Shown piece by piece: positions 1-15,524 of a DNA stretch of 64,000 nt; the stretch's first letter is position 1; every line of letters starts with the position of its first letter. The notes beneath the pieces were generated by a model. That model did not search any database. It worked only from the letters and a program-made list of their open reading frames with translations, and was not told the origin of the DNA. The position numbers and the translations under genes are program-made. Source of the stretch: Priapulus caudatus (Eukaryota); contig NW_014577087.1 of NCBI RefSeq assembly GCF_000485595.1, positions 482,303-546,302 on the forward strand. The letters are read 5' to 3'.

Positions 1-24
1 AGAGACGGAGCAGAGAGACCGACG

Positions 25-59
<35 letters not shown>

Positions 60-126
60 AGAGAGAGAGAGAGAAGGAAGAGGCAAGGGAAGAGAGGGAG
101 AGGGGGGCGCGTAGGTGGCAGGGTAG

Positions 127-195
<69 letters not shown>

Positions 196-2435
196 GGCGT
201 GTCACAACGACCTACAATCAGATTCGCAGATTTTATTTCTGAGTAATGCGTTTCACGATCATGGCTGGAATAAAACTCTTTCATTAAATCCCCATAACCC
301 ACACATCAAACGGCGCCACAGTTAAGCTGCGTCGCGATCATGCAGTTTCAGTCGTTACGGTCAGTTACGCATGGTTATGCTCTGCCCTGAGCATCACGTA
401 AAATGCAATATCATCATGCGTAATCTTTACGCTATCAGCAGCTTCATGTACTCCGCCACATAACCTCGTGCTCGTTCGGCGAAATTATATACAACGTGGA
501 GATGACGTCGTCACTTGCAAGACACGTACCGACACCCAAAACTGTCAAAAATACGATAGAACGCGAGGTCCTTTACATGTTATAACTCTTACACCTTGGG
601 CGCACGCCCACACTCGGCTTGCAGTAATAACCCGCGTTATGAGAACTCGCGTTACGTAAATTCGCCCATGCGCAAATTTGTATATTATAACCAATTTACT
701 TGCAAGACGAAACGACATTTCGCTTTTGCACAATTATTTAGAGGAATGAGCAGGGTTTCCTACCCAAAAACTCCCTATCTGTGGTACAATCAATATATAT
801 ATATTCACCAATGTTTACCTGCATTCGTAAATGTTGCCTTGCATTTAAGGAAATCCGGGTAATTACCTATACTTCTTTTAGCCGAAATCCTTTTATAGAA
901 ACGCATCTGCAATTAACACCGGAAGGCTGAATCTGATCCACGTCATGGCCATTTTTTCTCAACGCAACACATTGGTAACGCATGGCGTATGTGCCTAGGA
1001 GACCTGCCTAGGAGGCACAGGCCGACCTGCGCTCCTCGTGCGCGATATTTACATACAATGTAGCGCCCAAATTGACACACACGTGTCGTGATTACAATTT
1101 ATGGTTCTTTGCGAGGCAATTCGCTTGACATCACCTCGCTAGGAAATAGCCTTCCCGCGCTGCTAAATGTCGCCCTAATGAAACAGTGTCGTTCGCGGCC
1201 GCCCGCTGTATGTATACCCCAGCCGCTCCGCGACAGATTGGCCGAGCAAACATCGCTACTCACACACGTACACGCGGACACAGCACGCAGACACACAAGT
1301 CCTTTAGGATAATGAAGATCGTTGAAATGCCGCTACAGCGCGCAGTGGAGGCTTTCACTTAATTCGTGACGACTACACTGCACGCACACACACGCCCATA
1401 CCCACACTCACATGCACGCACGCTCACAAGCACGAACGCCCGCCCGCGTGCGCACGCAAACGCACACACACACACGCACGCACGCACGCACACGCACGAA
1501 CGCACGCACACGCACGCGCACACACACATACACTCATACATACAAACTCTAATACATACTCTAGGTAATAATAGACGTTTATTTTACTCTGAACGCTAAC
1601 ATTTTCACAAAAAAGTACAGGTAGTTGGGGATTTAAATTTTGTAATAATCTTCAGTGCAAAATGCCGCTACACATATTGCAATCATTCACTGGTCTATAT
1701 AGTAAACCTTTCCGCTAATCACAGAGTATTGCGCCATCCAGAAGAAAGGTCAAAACGCCGCAGCACATGGTCACAAACATGCTATTCAAATCAATGCACA
1801 ATTAATTCTTCACTCACAGCACTATAGGCGCCTTCCTGCGAGCTCTCAGGTGGCACACCGGCAACACGCAAAGCCTCATGCGACGTACTCGCGCGACATC
1901 TGCTTTACGTGACTGTGCAGCTGAGACAGTAGACAGCAGTCTCGGTGGGGGAAGCAAGGGCAACTGCTCCAAGAATACAGGGGGACACTTCCACGTGGCA
2001 GCCCAGAAACCGTATATAGTGACCTAGGCGCTTATTGATGTAAGCGCCAACGAAAACAGATGTGCGGCATACGCATACAGCACCCCTTACTTACTTGTCG
2101 TGACTATCACAGTAGTATACATGTGCTGCCCTAAACCACTGGCAGCAGGATCAGATCTGCCCCCCCCCCAACCACGACCATGTTACAACACAAACGGGCA
2201 CGCACGCGAGCACACACGCACGCACGCACACCCACGCCCGCGAAATTTTTTTTCCCACGAGAGTTCCGGACCCACCACAGATAGTGTTNNNNNNNNNNNN
2301 NNNNNNNNNNNNNNNNNNNNNNNNNNNNNNNNNNNNNNNNNNNNNNNNNNNNNNNNNNNNNNNNNNNNNNNNNNNNNNNNNNNNNNNNNNNNNNNNNNNN
2401 NNNNNNNNNNNNNNNNNNNNNNNNNNNNNNNNNNN

Positions 2436-2474
<39 letters not shown>

Positions 2475-4575
2475 AGTATATAATAGGAAACTATCTAGGG
2501 AACCTATAATAGGGAACTATAATCTACTATTATCTACTTCTGATATATATAAAAATAATATATATATGCGCCTATTCTGCGGTAGCATGAGCGCGGTGTG
2601 GGTACGGACTTGATCCTGCTGCCAGTGCCCTCAACCACAGAACGGGTGCGTGCGCGACTGCGTGCCTCGCACTCGCTTTCTTCCATAAAAATCTGGATGA
2701 TTGCTGCAGGCGTGTGTTGGCGCTTGTTCGTATATAATTTCCCCGATGGCCTGCCAGCCACCCGCGCGTAATATGGAATTTTAAAACTGCGCCGCGGGAT
2801 TCCCTTACGTCTACACGCAGCAGTGCAGCGAGGGCGGCGCGATGAGACCTGGAACCTATATATAAGGTAATCGATGAAAGACTCACAGACGAAAGTTCGA
2901 TTCACACATTCATAGACGAGGAATCCTAACTGAAAGAACGCGATCGAGTAACCGCAGCGCTCGGCACGAACACAGCCGCTTAACCCCACGACATTTTAAC
3001 GCGTGTGCGAATGTTCACGCTATGAAGTGGGAATCGCATTCTTCATATGCCCATGAACGAGTCGGGTTATAACACACGAATCATCCCGTTGCCTTTATCT
3101 GAAATGCACAGCCGCAATCGAGGGCAATTACGCGACCAATTTATCACGCGCCCAATTTTAAACACAATTTCAAGCCGTTTGACTGGGAACAACTTCCGAC
3201 AGCCATTACAAAAACACGCAAAAATTATGAACACAAGCGGGGAACAGATAAACTGTACGTAAAATAACTGTACGCTAACCGCACGGGAGAGCACTACAGC
3301 AGCACATATACAGGGGCAGGTGTAATTTAACGGGAAAACTGACCAGCAGCTCCTACAACCTGACAATACAGATCAGATCATACAAACTGAACAGAACTAA
3401 AACAGAACAGATCATCATACAAACTGGCAGATCATACAACCTTAGTGTTGCAATACTGTGAAGCATGTTACTCGGACACGTCAAAATCAATTGATAAATA
3501 CGATGATGCCAACCCGTAGGTTGAGCCCGTATGGTTGGATGGCGTTGCTATTATATTATATACAAGATGCCTCGTTCTTTCTACAGCGGATTGTTCGTGG
3601 GTGGTCTGGTGGACTGGAAAGAAAGTTTTTCCTGGATCTACATTGGAAATCAGCGGTGCTGGCGACGTTTCAAGGCGCTGACCGGTTTACAGGCGATCTT
3701 AACATCGTACCGCGGGAGCCCATCTTTTACATTGCGGAGTTCTCTACCGGCTTGTTGTTCAGTTCGCTTCGGTACGCGCAAACCAGTGACGAAAGCGAGC
3801 CGAGGTGATCAGCTAAGCGTGCAAGTATAACCTTTACGTCACATCACTGCAGCACATACATTACCGACGGCGGTGTAAACGACCGACGGGGGAATCGCCG
3901 CACGTCGATGTGAAGGTAAATGTCACACCGTATGCATTGATGTATTGTAACATCGATCAAGCAAACACCGACAGAGAACACAAACGACGGGGAAAAACAA
4001 CACGCCAGCGTCAACGGTGCATATTCGGTTGGAGAATCGAAACGAAATCATCGCGATCCCTCTATTTACAACTGTGATGATGATGTGTGGTGTTGATGAA
4101 ACATACCACGAATTCCCAGAAAACGTTAAGTTTCTATGTTTTAATGTTAAGATGATTACGATCAGGATTATTAACACATTTCGATTTTTAAGATTCGATT
4201 CGCCTATATTCGACCTAGCCACACTGACACACATACGCAAGCTACGAGGCCAGAAATCAACTTGCTCGGAAACGACTGCAATTTCAGGCTGGCGAATCTG
4301 AACGTCAACTTGCGATTTGCCGGGGAAAATCGGAATTCCGATACATTCAACCACGCTCACCAGAGGTCGACACGAATTTACCTAGTGCGTCGCAGCGAGA
4401 GGACTGCCGGCTATCGAAATCGCGGGGTTAGGAAACCGGAAAATTAACTCGTATACAGTAGTGGCACTTACTAGCAATTTGAATGCGTGACGGCGACGGA
4501 CGGTGGCGACGCGCCGACGACGCCTTAACGACACCTGTTAAGGTACGATGATTACATATATAGTATATACCGATA

Positions 4576-4747
4576 TTATGACGATATATGCCTTTAAAAT
4601 ATGACGATATGTGGCTTAATATGACGATATGTGTCTTAATATGACGATATGTGTCTTAATATGACTATATATGCCTTAATATGACGATATGTGTCTTAAT
4701 ATGACTACATATGCCTTAATATGACGATATGTGCTTTAATATGACGA
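4576..4747. repeat. 20-bp minisatellite, about 8-9 units
   Basis: Unit AATATGACGATATGTGTCTT with variants. Confidence 0.9.
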
Positions 4748-5030
4748 CGCCTTACACTGCGATCAGCTGCTGCTCTATGGGTCAAGCAGGACCACGACAC
4801 ATGCGACTATAGTTGAAAAAAACAAGCTAAAAAACCCAAACCGCTTTCGAACAGGAGCAATGAACTCCCGCTCGTGTTGACTGTTCCCACCACGGAGCTC
4901 GTCACCGTCACAGGTGGAACACGGACAGCCGTCTCTCAAACGCCGTTAGATCTAGAACCTCTATTTAAAACAACAGACAGTTGTCGAGAAACTACAAGCC
5001 CCCCCCCCCCAGCGCAGAGAACTACCACCC

Positions 5031-5102
5031 TAGCTCTAGAACGATAGCCCTTCGCTCTGCCACAGGCCTGTGTCAGAGCGAATGGCTATAGTTCTAGAGC
5101 TA
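5031..5102. repeat. 72-bp spacerless palindrome
   Basis: TAGCTCTAGAACGATAGCCCTTCGCTCTGCCACAGG|CCTGTGTCAGAGCGAATGGCTATAGTTCTAGAGCTA, 3 mismatches. Confidence 0.85.
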
Positions 5103-6244
5103 AGAGCACCCCCGCCATTATTTGCGTGACGTATAGCCCGCCGTTAACCGAAGCCACGGAATCAGAATGATCCGATGAAACAGACAAGCTGCAGATAGAG
5201 CCAGCAACGCGGGGGCAGCTTTTGGCCAATTACGATCAGGATGGTGAAGACCGCATACAGATTTGGCTCGAGGGGGTAAGGATACACCCGCAGGACGCAT
5301 CACATGTAAACATGGGTCACGCGGGGAGAGAGTGCAGGCTAGTACACCGTGCCACGTACATGTATGCGAGCAGGGCCACGGAGCAACTCAGCGCTGGCCA
5401 ACAACAACAACAACACCGACCCGCATTCCTGCATACATCATTAATGCCTCAAACTATCAGTAGCAAGTTTATACCTCCCCCACCCCCCACACACACACCT
5501 AACCCCTCTCCTCTCACAGTCCGCGAAACTACGTAATATAAGGGAGAGTACTGGTGTAATGCGATGTCATTCATCGCTGCTGGGGTGCTCGGACCGCCTC
5601 CCGCATGCTAATACTAGACACGGCTGTGTTGTGTCTGAATACGAACGGCGCCAACTAATTCAAATTTGCATTTAAATTACCGGGAGAGAACGAATGGTAG
5701 CAGAGAGAGAGATAGAGAGAGAGAGAGATGTAGCGAAGCTGCAGTGCTTCGTACCGTGATCGTATAAGTGGTTACGCGTGGGTATTAGGCGCTACCGTCT
5801 ATTAGGCACATAGTGAAAAGAACAGAACAGCAGAGTGGTATACGTATTCTAGTTATTCTCTTTACTCGTTACCTCGTAACTATGTATAATCCCATAACAG
5901 GGCAATCGCGCACACAAGGGTTACGCGAGACACGGTCATAACTTACGAGGCTAATGCTGTGACGTCCGGTTATCTAGCGAATGTGCAGTATATATATATC
6001 GTATTCTGTTTATGTTTTGCGAGCTCTCTGTCTGTCCCTCTCTCTCTCTAGAGATTTTATACCCAAACTGGAGACCCGCCTACTTATTGTTTATCGTCAA
6101 CCCGCTATACGCGACTGCCGGTACCGCGGTTGCCTCTACCACTGGCTAGTGCAGAGTCACGACTTTACACAGCTGGGCATGTACCCCAAATAGAACAATA
6201 TCATAATAGTGTGTATTTATTACTATGTATTTCTGCGGTATTAC

Positions 6245-6590
<346 letters not shown>

Positions 6591-9500
6591 ACTGCATGCT
6601 CGGTCCCATAGGTCGTACTACAGTGTCAAACAGACAGCGTCCATCAATGTGACTACTAGTCAGCTACAATATCTCTTCCCAAGGCACCTAGGCCACGGGG
6701 TTTCAAGGTCATATTAACTCTGTGCGGCATTCACGCCCATTGGCTGGCAGGACAAAAGCATTTCTAAGGCGGAAATATTACCAGGTACCGCGAATGGACG
6801 CGCGCGCGCACATATACTGGTGTGCGATAATAGCCCGAGCTATATATCCTAATAACAGGTAATTCGCGTGTGCATAATCATACGCATGCACACATAAAAT
6901 TTATCGTCAGAAATATTCACGCTACTGTAATACCGTTATATGTTCTTATAACAATTAAGTTTATATGCAACACGGCTATTTATTTCGTGTAAAGTCATGA
7001 ATCATTTAGACGCCTCGTAACATTGTAAAGATGATGTTACAGATTTTGAGAGAATTTAGTCGTAGTGGTGTGGGTGCAATGAAACGGGGCTGGAAATATG
7101 GGTAGATGGTGGGCGAACACGCAGTTACTAGCTGTAATCTAAAATAATGAGGTCATCTATGCATTCACCTTTAGATGTGCTCGACAATCACAAACAAGAT
7201 ATAATTTCGTTATATACTGAGTATGTTAATTAGCTGCACGAATCGTTAATCATATCAAAATGGCAAAATTGTATGGCGGAAATAAGTCCACTATTATAAT
7301 GCATGCAATCTTCTGTAATGAGTAGTTAATTAGAAATCAAGTGCTAATGAAATTATATTCATGTTATCAATAGACGAACCTCGAGTGCAAACAGAAAAGG
7401 AGCACCTGGAATAAAACGTATACATGTATGCGGCCGAGCCGGAGGAGGTTGAGAGAGGAGACAGAACAGGTGAAGACAAACATAAATTGCATACAATGAC
7501 CATTCACGTACCAGCTAAACCCGCAGACGGAAGAAACCCGTCAGCGTCCTACACGTGCTACCAGCTCTATGTTAACTGTACATATATATGCGCGTGTTTA
7601 CGGCAGTGTGGGACGACGCCCGAGAGAGAACGCTGGTTTTGCTACTAAGCCAGAATGTAAACACGGCGTGTCCAACTACCTGCCTATACGCTCGCTCGCC
7701 ATGTTGAACTATCTTAGCGACATTAGCGGGATTAAGTGGAGCAGATCCGCAACGAAGGAATTCCAGAGGGGCAGTGTGCTCGCCGACTAAACCATGCTTA
7801 AATATGAACCTGCACGTATACGACCGCGCGCAACAGTCAACAGTGCACGCACACGCACACGCACACGCGCACGCACACGCAGTCACTCACACGCACACGC
7901 ACACGTACACGCACACGCACACACGCACGCACGCACACGCACACGCACACGCACACGCACACGCAGAGTCACTCACACGCACACACACACACACACACGC
8001 ACGCACGCACGCACGCACGCANNNNNNNNNNNNNNNNNNNNNNNNNNNNNNNNNNNNNNNNNNNNNNNNNNNNNNNNNNNNNNNNNNNNNNNNNNNNNNN
8101 NNNNNNNNNNNNNNNNNNNNNNNNNNNNNNNNNNNNNNNNNNNNNNNNNNNNNNNNNNNNNNNNNNNNNNNNNNNNNNNNNNNNNNNNNNNNNNNNNNNN
8201 NNNNNNNNNNNNNNNNNNNNNNNNNNNNNNNNNNNNNNNNNNNNNNNNNNNNNNNNNNNNNNNNNNNNNNNNNNNNNNNNNNNNNNNNNNNNNNNNNNNN
8301 NNNNNNNNNNNNNNNNNNNNNNNNNNNNNNNNNNNNNNNNNNNNNNNNNNNNNNNNNNNNNNNNNNNNNNNNNNNNNNNNNNNNNNNNNNNNNNNNNNNN
8401 NNNNNNNNNNNNNNNNNNNNNNNNNNNNNNNNNNNNNNNNNNNNNNNNNNNNNNNNNNNNNNNNNNNNNNNNNNNNNNNNNNNNNNNNNNNNNNNNNNNN
8501 NNNNNNNNNNNNNNNNNNNNNNNNNNNNNNNNNNNNNNNNNNNNNNNNNNNNNNNNNNNNNNNNNNNNNNNNNNNNNNNNNNNNNNNNNNNNNNNNNNNN
8601 NNNNNNNNNNNNNNNNNNNNNNNNNNNNNNNNNNNNNNNNNNNNNNNNNNNNNNNNTATATATATATGTATAATTCGTCGTATAATGAGTCGTACACACG
8701 CGACGAGCCACGGTCACATGCAAACGTAGATTAATGAGGACAAACTACCGCATTTTGGTCCATACACATTACCACACCGACGCGACAGAGAGGGGTGAGT
8801 GACTGACTGTTAGTAACTGATAGAGTGATAACGAGAGCGCGAGAGAAAGACTGACAGAGAAGGGAGAGAGGCAGAGAAAACGAGAGAGAGCAAGAAATAT
8901 AGAGCGAGCGAGAAATATATAGAGAGACGGGAGAATAGAGGACGCAAGATGAGAGGACATAAAATGTCACGTCGTGTGTGTGTTCAGTACACACCTGTGT
9001 GTGTGAGGGTGCTTACGCTTCACCGACTAGGAAGACTGCACGCACCTGGCAGCAAGCGTATGGATGCCGTACTTAGAATCTTACTGATGACTGCACTAGT
9101 ATAACTGCACCCAGAGACGCATATTTTGACCGTTTTTACTTTGATCTCTCGCCTATTTGATCGTGTGTGACTCGTTAACTTCCTTGTCGAGCCCCGTGAG
9201 AACTTCGTGCCACAGTACTTATGACGAGTTATGTATAACATATGGATTATAACGTCCTATCCAGACTTGACCAACCCTGGTGATACAAGGCTAACACAAT
9301 ATACGCACCAGCATAAGGTTGAGAACACAAAGTGACCATCAATATTTGGGAGACTTCAAATCCACGGGGATGGCTGGTTGCTTGCGTTATTGCGAAGTAA
9401 CTGCATAATTTACACAACCCTATACCATACCACTGAGCTATGCACCTTGTGGTAGCTAGCAATACATTTAATATTTAATCACATATTTTATACGACGGAC

Positions 9501-12401
9501 CGTCTGGCTACCTTACAGATAACTCATAAGCTTACTCATAAGCAACCATAGAAATAACATTTCTGCAGATACTCAGATCGGTATTAGGAAGCCCTGCTAA
9601 AAAAAACGCGTGCACACACGCACACACACGCGCGCACGTGCACACACACAAACACAAATTAGAAGGCATTTCCGTGGGTAATTATAAGTAATGATAGCAC
9701 GTGACTTACCATGTCATTTTACCTCTTCCATCTATGCAGTGTACTAACATGCCTTCAGCTCTCTGCCTACAATACTGCTTCTTCGCCTCTCTGATCCCAA
9801 CATACTATGACATGGCTCCTGCGCTCCCTCCCTCCCGCCCAAAGTAGCTTTGCGTTTCTCACTCCGACATACTGTAACATGGCTTCAGTAATCTCTCACC
9901 CACATGTCTAACCACGACATCACATCGGTTGTCCTACCCAGACGAGGGGGGAAATAGTACGGGAGAATCAATAGCAAATACATGGCACAAAGAAAGACGG
10001 ACAGCGAGTGGATGCGGGCGAGACCATCATCAAAATCCATTATAGAAACTGAGTCACTATGCGAAATTTTATCGATTGATACACTGGCCCAAACATGCTG
10101 CTTCCCATTCCGTGCCTACACCATGGCTCTGACACAGGTCATAGCAAGTGGTGCCTGCGATGGATTTCCCAATTCTTATTAATGAATATTAGAAAGCTAG
10201 AATATCAGAAATCATTATCAATGTATTATAAAGTAATAACAAGTATAAGTATATGAATATCAAAAGTATAACGTCGTATCAACGTCCCACGATATAATCA
10301 GGAGTCTATCAATCAATTGATAGACTCCTGATATAATTTATCTGCAGCGTTAAGTAAATGTTAGTATTAAATATCGAATATGAATTGTTTACATTAAGAA
10401 ATAAAGACAAGAGTTGGTCACTTATCACGAGGCATACACGGATTTAAACTGCTGACATGGAAACATATATAGCACTCGGAACACCACACGACATGTGCCA
10501 TCGTAACCTCCTGCTTTACAATGAGCTTACTTAGTACTTCAGATATGGTCTGGATATAGGTGTGCAAGTTGCCATTTTCTATGTTTATTACATAGATTCG
10601 GGTACACGTATTAGCGCCGACACGTATTAGCCGACACGTATTAGCGCCGACACGTATTCCTGGGCCGTCCCGTACTTGTGATGGATAGATAGTTAGGGGC
10701 AGGAGACTGCTCTCTCTCTCTCTCTATCTCTCTATCTCTCTATCTCTCTCTCTCTCTCTCTCTCNNNNNNNNNNNNNNNNNNNNNNNNNNNNNNNNNNNN
10801 NNNNNNNNNNNNNNNNNNNNNNNNNNNNNNNNNNNNNNNNNNNNNNNNNNNNNNNNNNNNNNNNNNNNNNNNNNNNNNNNNNNNNNNNNNNNNNNNNNNN
10901 NNNNNNNNNNNNNNNNNNNNNNNNNNNNNNNNNNNNNNNNNNNNNNNNNNNNNNNNNNNNNNNNNNNNNNNNNNNNNNNNNNNNNNNNNNNNNNNNNNNN
11001 NNNNNNNNNNNNNNNNNNNNNNNNNNNNNNNNNNNNNNNNNNNNNNNNNNNNNNNNNNNNNNNNNNNNNNNNNNNNNNNNNNNNNNNNNNNNNNNNNNNN
11101 NNNNNNNNNNNNNNNNNNNNNNNNNNNNNNNNNNNNNNNNNNNNNNNNNNNNNNNNNNNNNNNNNNNNNNNNNNNNNNNNNNNNNNNNNNNNNNNNNNNN
11201 NNNNNNNNNNNNNNNNNNNNNNNNNNNNNNNNNNNNNATATATATATATATATATATACATGTATATTATATATACATCCTATACGATAGCCACACGTGC
11301 AAAAACGTCACAAATAATTGCGTCGATTCTTCCTCCGCATTCGCATCCGTGTTTTACCTTCACCGGTCAGTTAAATTTCGTGCGTGCGTGCAGGTGCGCG
11401 AGCACGTGCGCATGCGTCAGTGGCAAGATAGTTAGCGTTCATGCAACTTCACTTCCTCGTAAATAGCAAGAAAAGTCATATATCAAAAGAACGAATATGA
11501 ATCCCAAATGTATCAGAAAAGATCATCCGAACGAATATCAGTACTAACTGACGTTGATCTCGCAAACTGGTCGGACTACTCCCAGTCATAATCACAGCGA
11601 GGGTGTACACAGTACACCCCGGAGTTACTTTCTAACAGCGGCGTTCTACAACGAAGTTCTGTGTGAATGTTCCGTGTCTCGGAATGTTATGTGATATATG
11701 ATACTGAAAACGGTCCAACTCAGTCAGCAGGACAACGCACGTTAAAGCGCATGACACGCGTGCCCGAAACTACAACATATTTATTAGGTCATCGATCAAT
11801 CTGAAATTACTCGAAGGCCTACTACTACTACTCTAAGGTCTGCTACTACTAAGTATACTCATTCTCGAAAAGGCTGTATAACACAGACTCGTGACTGGAT
11901 TGTATCACTTAAGAACTAAATCATAAATCATTCAACTCGGTGACTGCTGCGTTATCCCTGACACGTTGAATATAATTTCCATCCATGTATCCCTCGGTAG
12001 ACATCTTCTACGCTTTTGCGGTTCCCGCACAGGTTTACGCGTGTCATACGAGAGTACGAACATCGTGAAATGTCATCATGCAGCAACAAATGTCGAGGCA
12101 CACGACTTATCGCTTCATACATACATGTGCGCATTGCACGACACAAGCTCATAATATAATATGGCGCTAAGGCAATCGCTGCCACTATATATAACAGTGG
12201 GTATGTACACTATGCGCACTGTAAATTTGCATGCGCCAACCCCATGTGATATTGTACCGTTTGTACAGTGCACATACATGGCACCTCATTCTGCTTCCGG
12301 ACTAAATAAATGCCTCCTTTTCTCGCTAATTCACGCTAACCCACCATCAATTCCATCATTGCCTTCAAATCGATCTTCTGCTTCCTCATTTGTCGCCTCA
12401 C

Positions 12402-12403
<2 letters not shown>

Positions 12404-12455
<52 letters not shown>

Positions 12456-12650
12456 CACACGCCCACACGCACACGCCACACGCACACGCCACACGCACAC
12501 GCACACCGCACACGCACACGCACACGCCACACGCACACGGCACATACACGCGCCACCACACACCACACACAAACAAACAAAACAACAAAAACAAACAACA
12601 AACACGCACGCACGCACGCACGCAACGCACGCACGCACGCACCACGCACG

Positions 12651-12697
<47 letters not shown>

Positions 12698-12815
12698 ACA
12701 CGCACACGCAAACACACAAACACAAGCGCTACGCACACGCACGCACGCATAAGCACGTGCACACAAGCGCGCACACAAATAGGCACAGAGACACGCATGC
12801 ACGCACGCACACGCA
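12404..12815. repeat. (CA)n/(GCAC)n compound microsatellite
   Basis: Direct reading. Similar tracts at 1378-1530, 7846-8021, 39695-39900, 43800-44032 and 63322-63546. Confidence 0.92.
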
Positions 12816-14346
12816 CGAACACAGACGTGCTCGCCGAAGCAATATGCAGTGCGTACACCAGAAAGGCACACTGGCTAAGTGCACTACACGAGGGATCATA
12901 ATCCTGCATGAGCTGCGAAGTATAAGCGTCCCAGACTATAATCATGACGCGTAGAGGACAGCGGCTCAAGCGCGTCTCCCATCACTAGCTCGTGACTACC
13001 GAGGCAGGTTTACCAGAACACGCGCATGCACACACGGCCACCCGCAGTCGCCTGCGAGCATCCATGAAGCCTAAGTCAAGCTGGCCGCTGCATCTCGCCA
13101 ATAAATCTCACAGAGCAGCCAGCAGGCACGCACGCACGCACGCACGCAATCATGCAGGCACGCACGCACGCACGCACGCATGCACGCACGCGGCTCTCGA
13201 CGCACCGCCATCGCGCATGCATTCATCGACACATGCATTCATCGCGTGCTCACGTATACACGCAGGCGAGCAACTAGACAAAGGCACTCGCGCCGAAGCC
13301 GTGTGAACGAAGCAGAATGCACGATGGCGGACCTGCTGCACCAGAAAACACACGTGAATATAACACGGTAAGACGCACAAGAGGCTATGGCTACTACGCA
13401 TGACGATACTTATCTCTACTCACGTAGAAGAACGAAGACTCGCTGGCGGTCGCTCGCTGCCAGGAGAGCGAGAAAGGGGGAGAGAGGAGGAGAGAGAGAC
13501 GGCGCGAGAGAGACACAGAAATATAGATATTAAGAGAGCGCGCGCAAGAGAGAGTGACACACGCACAGAGCCAGGGAGAATACGATCGAGGGAAAAGTAA
13601 GAGAGAAAGACAGAGAAAGAGAAAGCGAGGAGACAGAGAAAGAAAAGCAGAAATAGTCGAGGCTGAATCGAGCTCCCGAGACGTCGCGTTACAATCTGGT
13701 CCCAGCCTCTCGCGCGTGCGACACTCCCGACGATGCTCACACGTTACCAGGACGACGACGACGATGCATCTGCAGCTATGTTCGCCGAGTCTCGCAGCGC
13801 GCCGCCTAATGAGCGTGAAGCCAGTGCTGGTGCCGCGCACGCGAGCGTGTGAGAGAGTGAGAGTGGCAAGCTATTTATAATGAACGGCGCAGCGGCATTG
13901 CGAATCTCTCGCTTCCATTTCCCTCGCTGTGCCATCTGGTCGCCATGTCGTTCCCTCTCTCGTCCGCTCACACTTTCCCCTCCCTCTCTCTATCTCTCCC
14001 TCTCTCTCCCTCTCTCTCCCTCTAACCCCTCCCCCTCTCTCTCTTTCTATCTCGCTCTCTCTCTCGTTCCTCTTCATAGACCTGCGCCTTCACAGCACTC
14101 ACGCATCAGCTGGCTTCCGGCAGAGTTTTCTCGGGTGACCTACTCAACGTGACAGCGACGGGATACAAATCAACAAATCACACACCACTTACCGCCGGGC
14201 AGGGGGACTGGAGCACGTTGTCACGACATTCACGTCATTGCCCCGCTGATGCAGCATTGCGCAACCTTTTCGAATTCAGCATAAGCTAGCCCTCCACCCC
14301 TATCACTTTTTTAGTCTCGCTCTTTCCTTCTTTGCATCTTCCCCCC

Positions 14347-14396
<50 letters not shown>

Positions 14397-14740
14397 CTCT
14401 CTCTCTCTCTCTCACACTTTCTTGCTCGCTCTCTCTCTCTCGCTCTTTTGCTCGCTCTCTCTCTCTCGCTCTCTCTCTCTCTCTCACTCTCCATCTCTCT
14501 CTCTCTCTATCTTACTCTCTGTATCACTGTACGTTTTTGTCCGCTTTCGTTATTCTCCGAGAATCTCTTGGTCCTATTATTAGGATTAATTACTAATAAT
14601 AATAAACTCATGAGATGTATATATCAAAGCAAACCGAGCAAACCGGTGGTGATACAGACTTGCTGGAAAAACCGAGCACGTGTACGAAAACTTCGCAAAA
14701 AAATAGCAAAAAGCTGAGACAATTAACTGAATCACATTCA

Positions 14741-14778
<38 letters not shown>

Positions 14779-14808
14779 NNNNNNNNNNCACGCACGCACG
14801 CACGCACA

Positions 14809-14841
<33 letters not shown>

Positions 14842-15524
14842 GCTCTCTATCTCTATCTGTGTGGTTCCCCCTACACATACATACCATCGTTAACTCTCCT
14901 GAGACTCGCGCGAGTCAACGGTTGTTGCTGCATAACTTCTGATAGGAAAACCGAACCCGACTACAACAACTTCTTTATCGGCTAGCCGTTCACATTCTGG
15001 CGTACACGCGCAGATGATGCGAGATATCAGTGTGTGTATGTGTAAACGCTCACATGCACACGTGTGCCGGAGTGATGGACCATTCGTGAAATGCTTGCTC
15101 TTCGTTTGCAAGACTCTCTTGTGTATATAGGTTTTTTAAACGGCACCGCACGAAGTAATTGATGGTTTTTCACCCCTACTGCACGGAAAACTCAAGTACA
15201 CGTATTTCCGACTTACATTTTTGAATCACTCGCTGGAAATCTGCTTAGGAAATTGGCAAGCAAGATGTGGGGAGAACGCTATAGCAATCCACTTACCTGC
15301 AAATAAAATACAGACAAGCAATTAAGCATAGATAGCATCCAATCGTCACACTCTATTAGCCTCCTAATTATATAAGTCAACACTGATTTATAAGGTATTT
15401 TACCTACTCACTTATTTAATCAATAAGTAAATTAATAAACTTCTAGGTGATTAAATAACTTCATCGAATCTCTATAATTTACATGCTAATAACGTTAATC
15501 TCAGTTAGATCCATAATCAGTAAA

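Noticed and set aside
3458..3830. 116-aa ORF with complex composition
   Set aside because: No recognisable domain or convincing splice partners.
4576..4747. Regular 15-21 bp arrays (also 54831-55071 and 56526-56665) as possible CRISPR arrays
   Set aside because: Head-to-tail units without unique spacers, no cas genes, eukaryotic context.
9424..9446. tRNA-like A-box (GCATAGCTCAGTGGTA, minus strand)
   Set aside because: No cloverleaf or B-box follows; at best a SINE remnant.
9700..9900. Minus-strand exon candidate ending ATG|GTAAGT at ~9710
   Set aside because: Stops occur in all frames shortly upstream and the region is a degenerate ~60-70 bp repeat.
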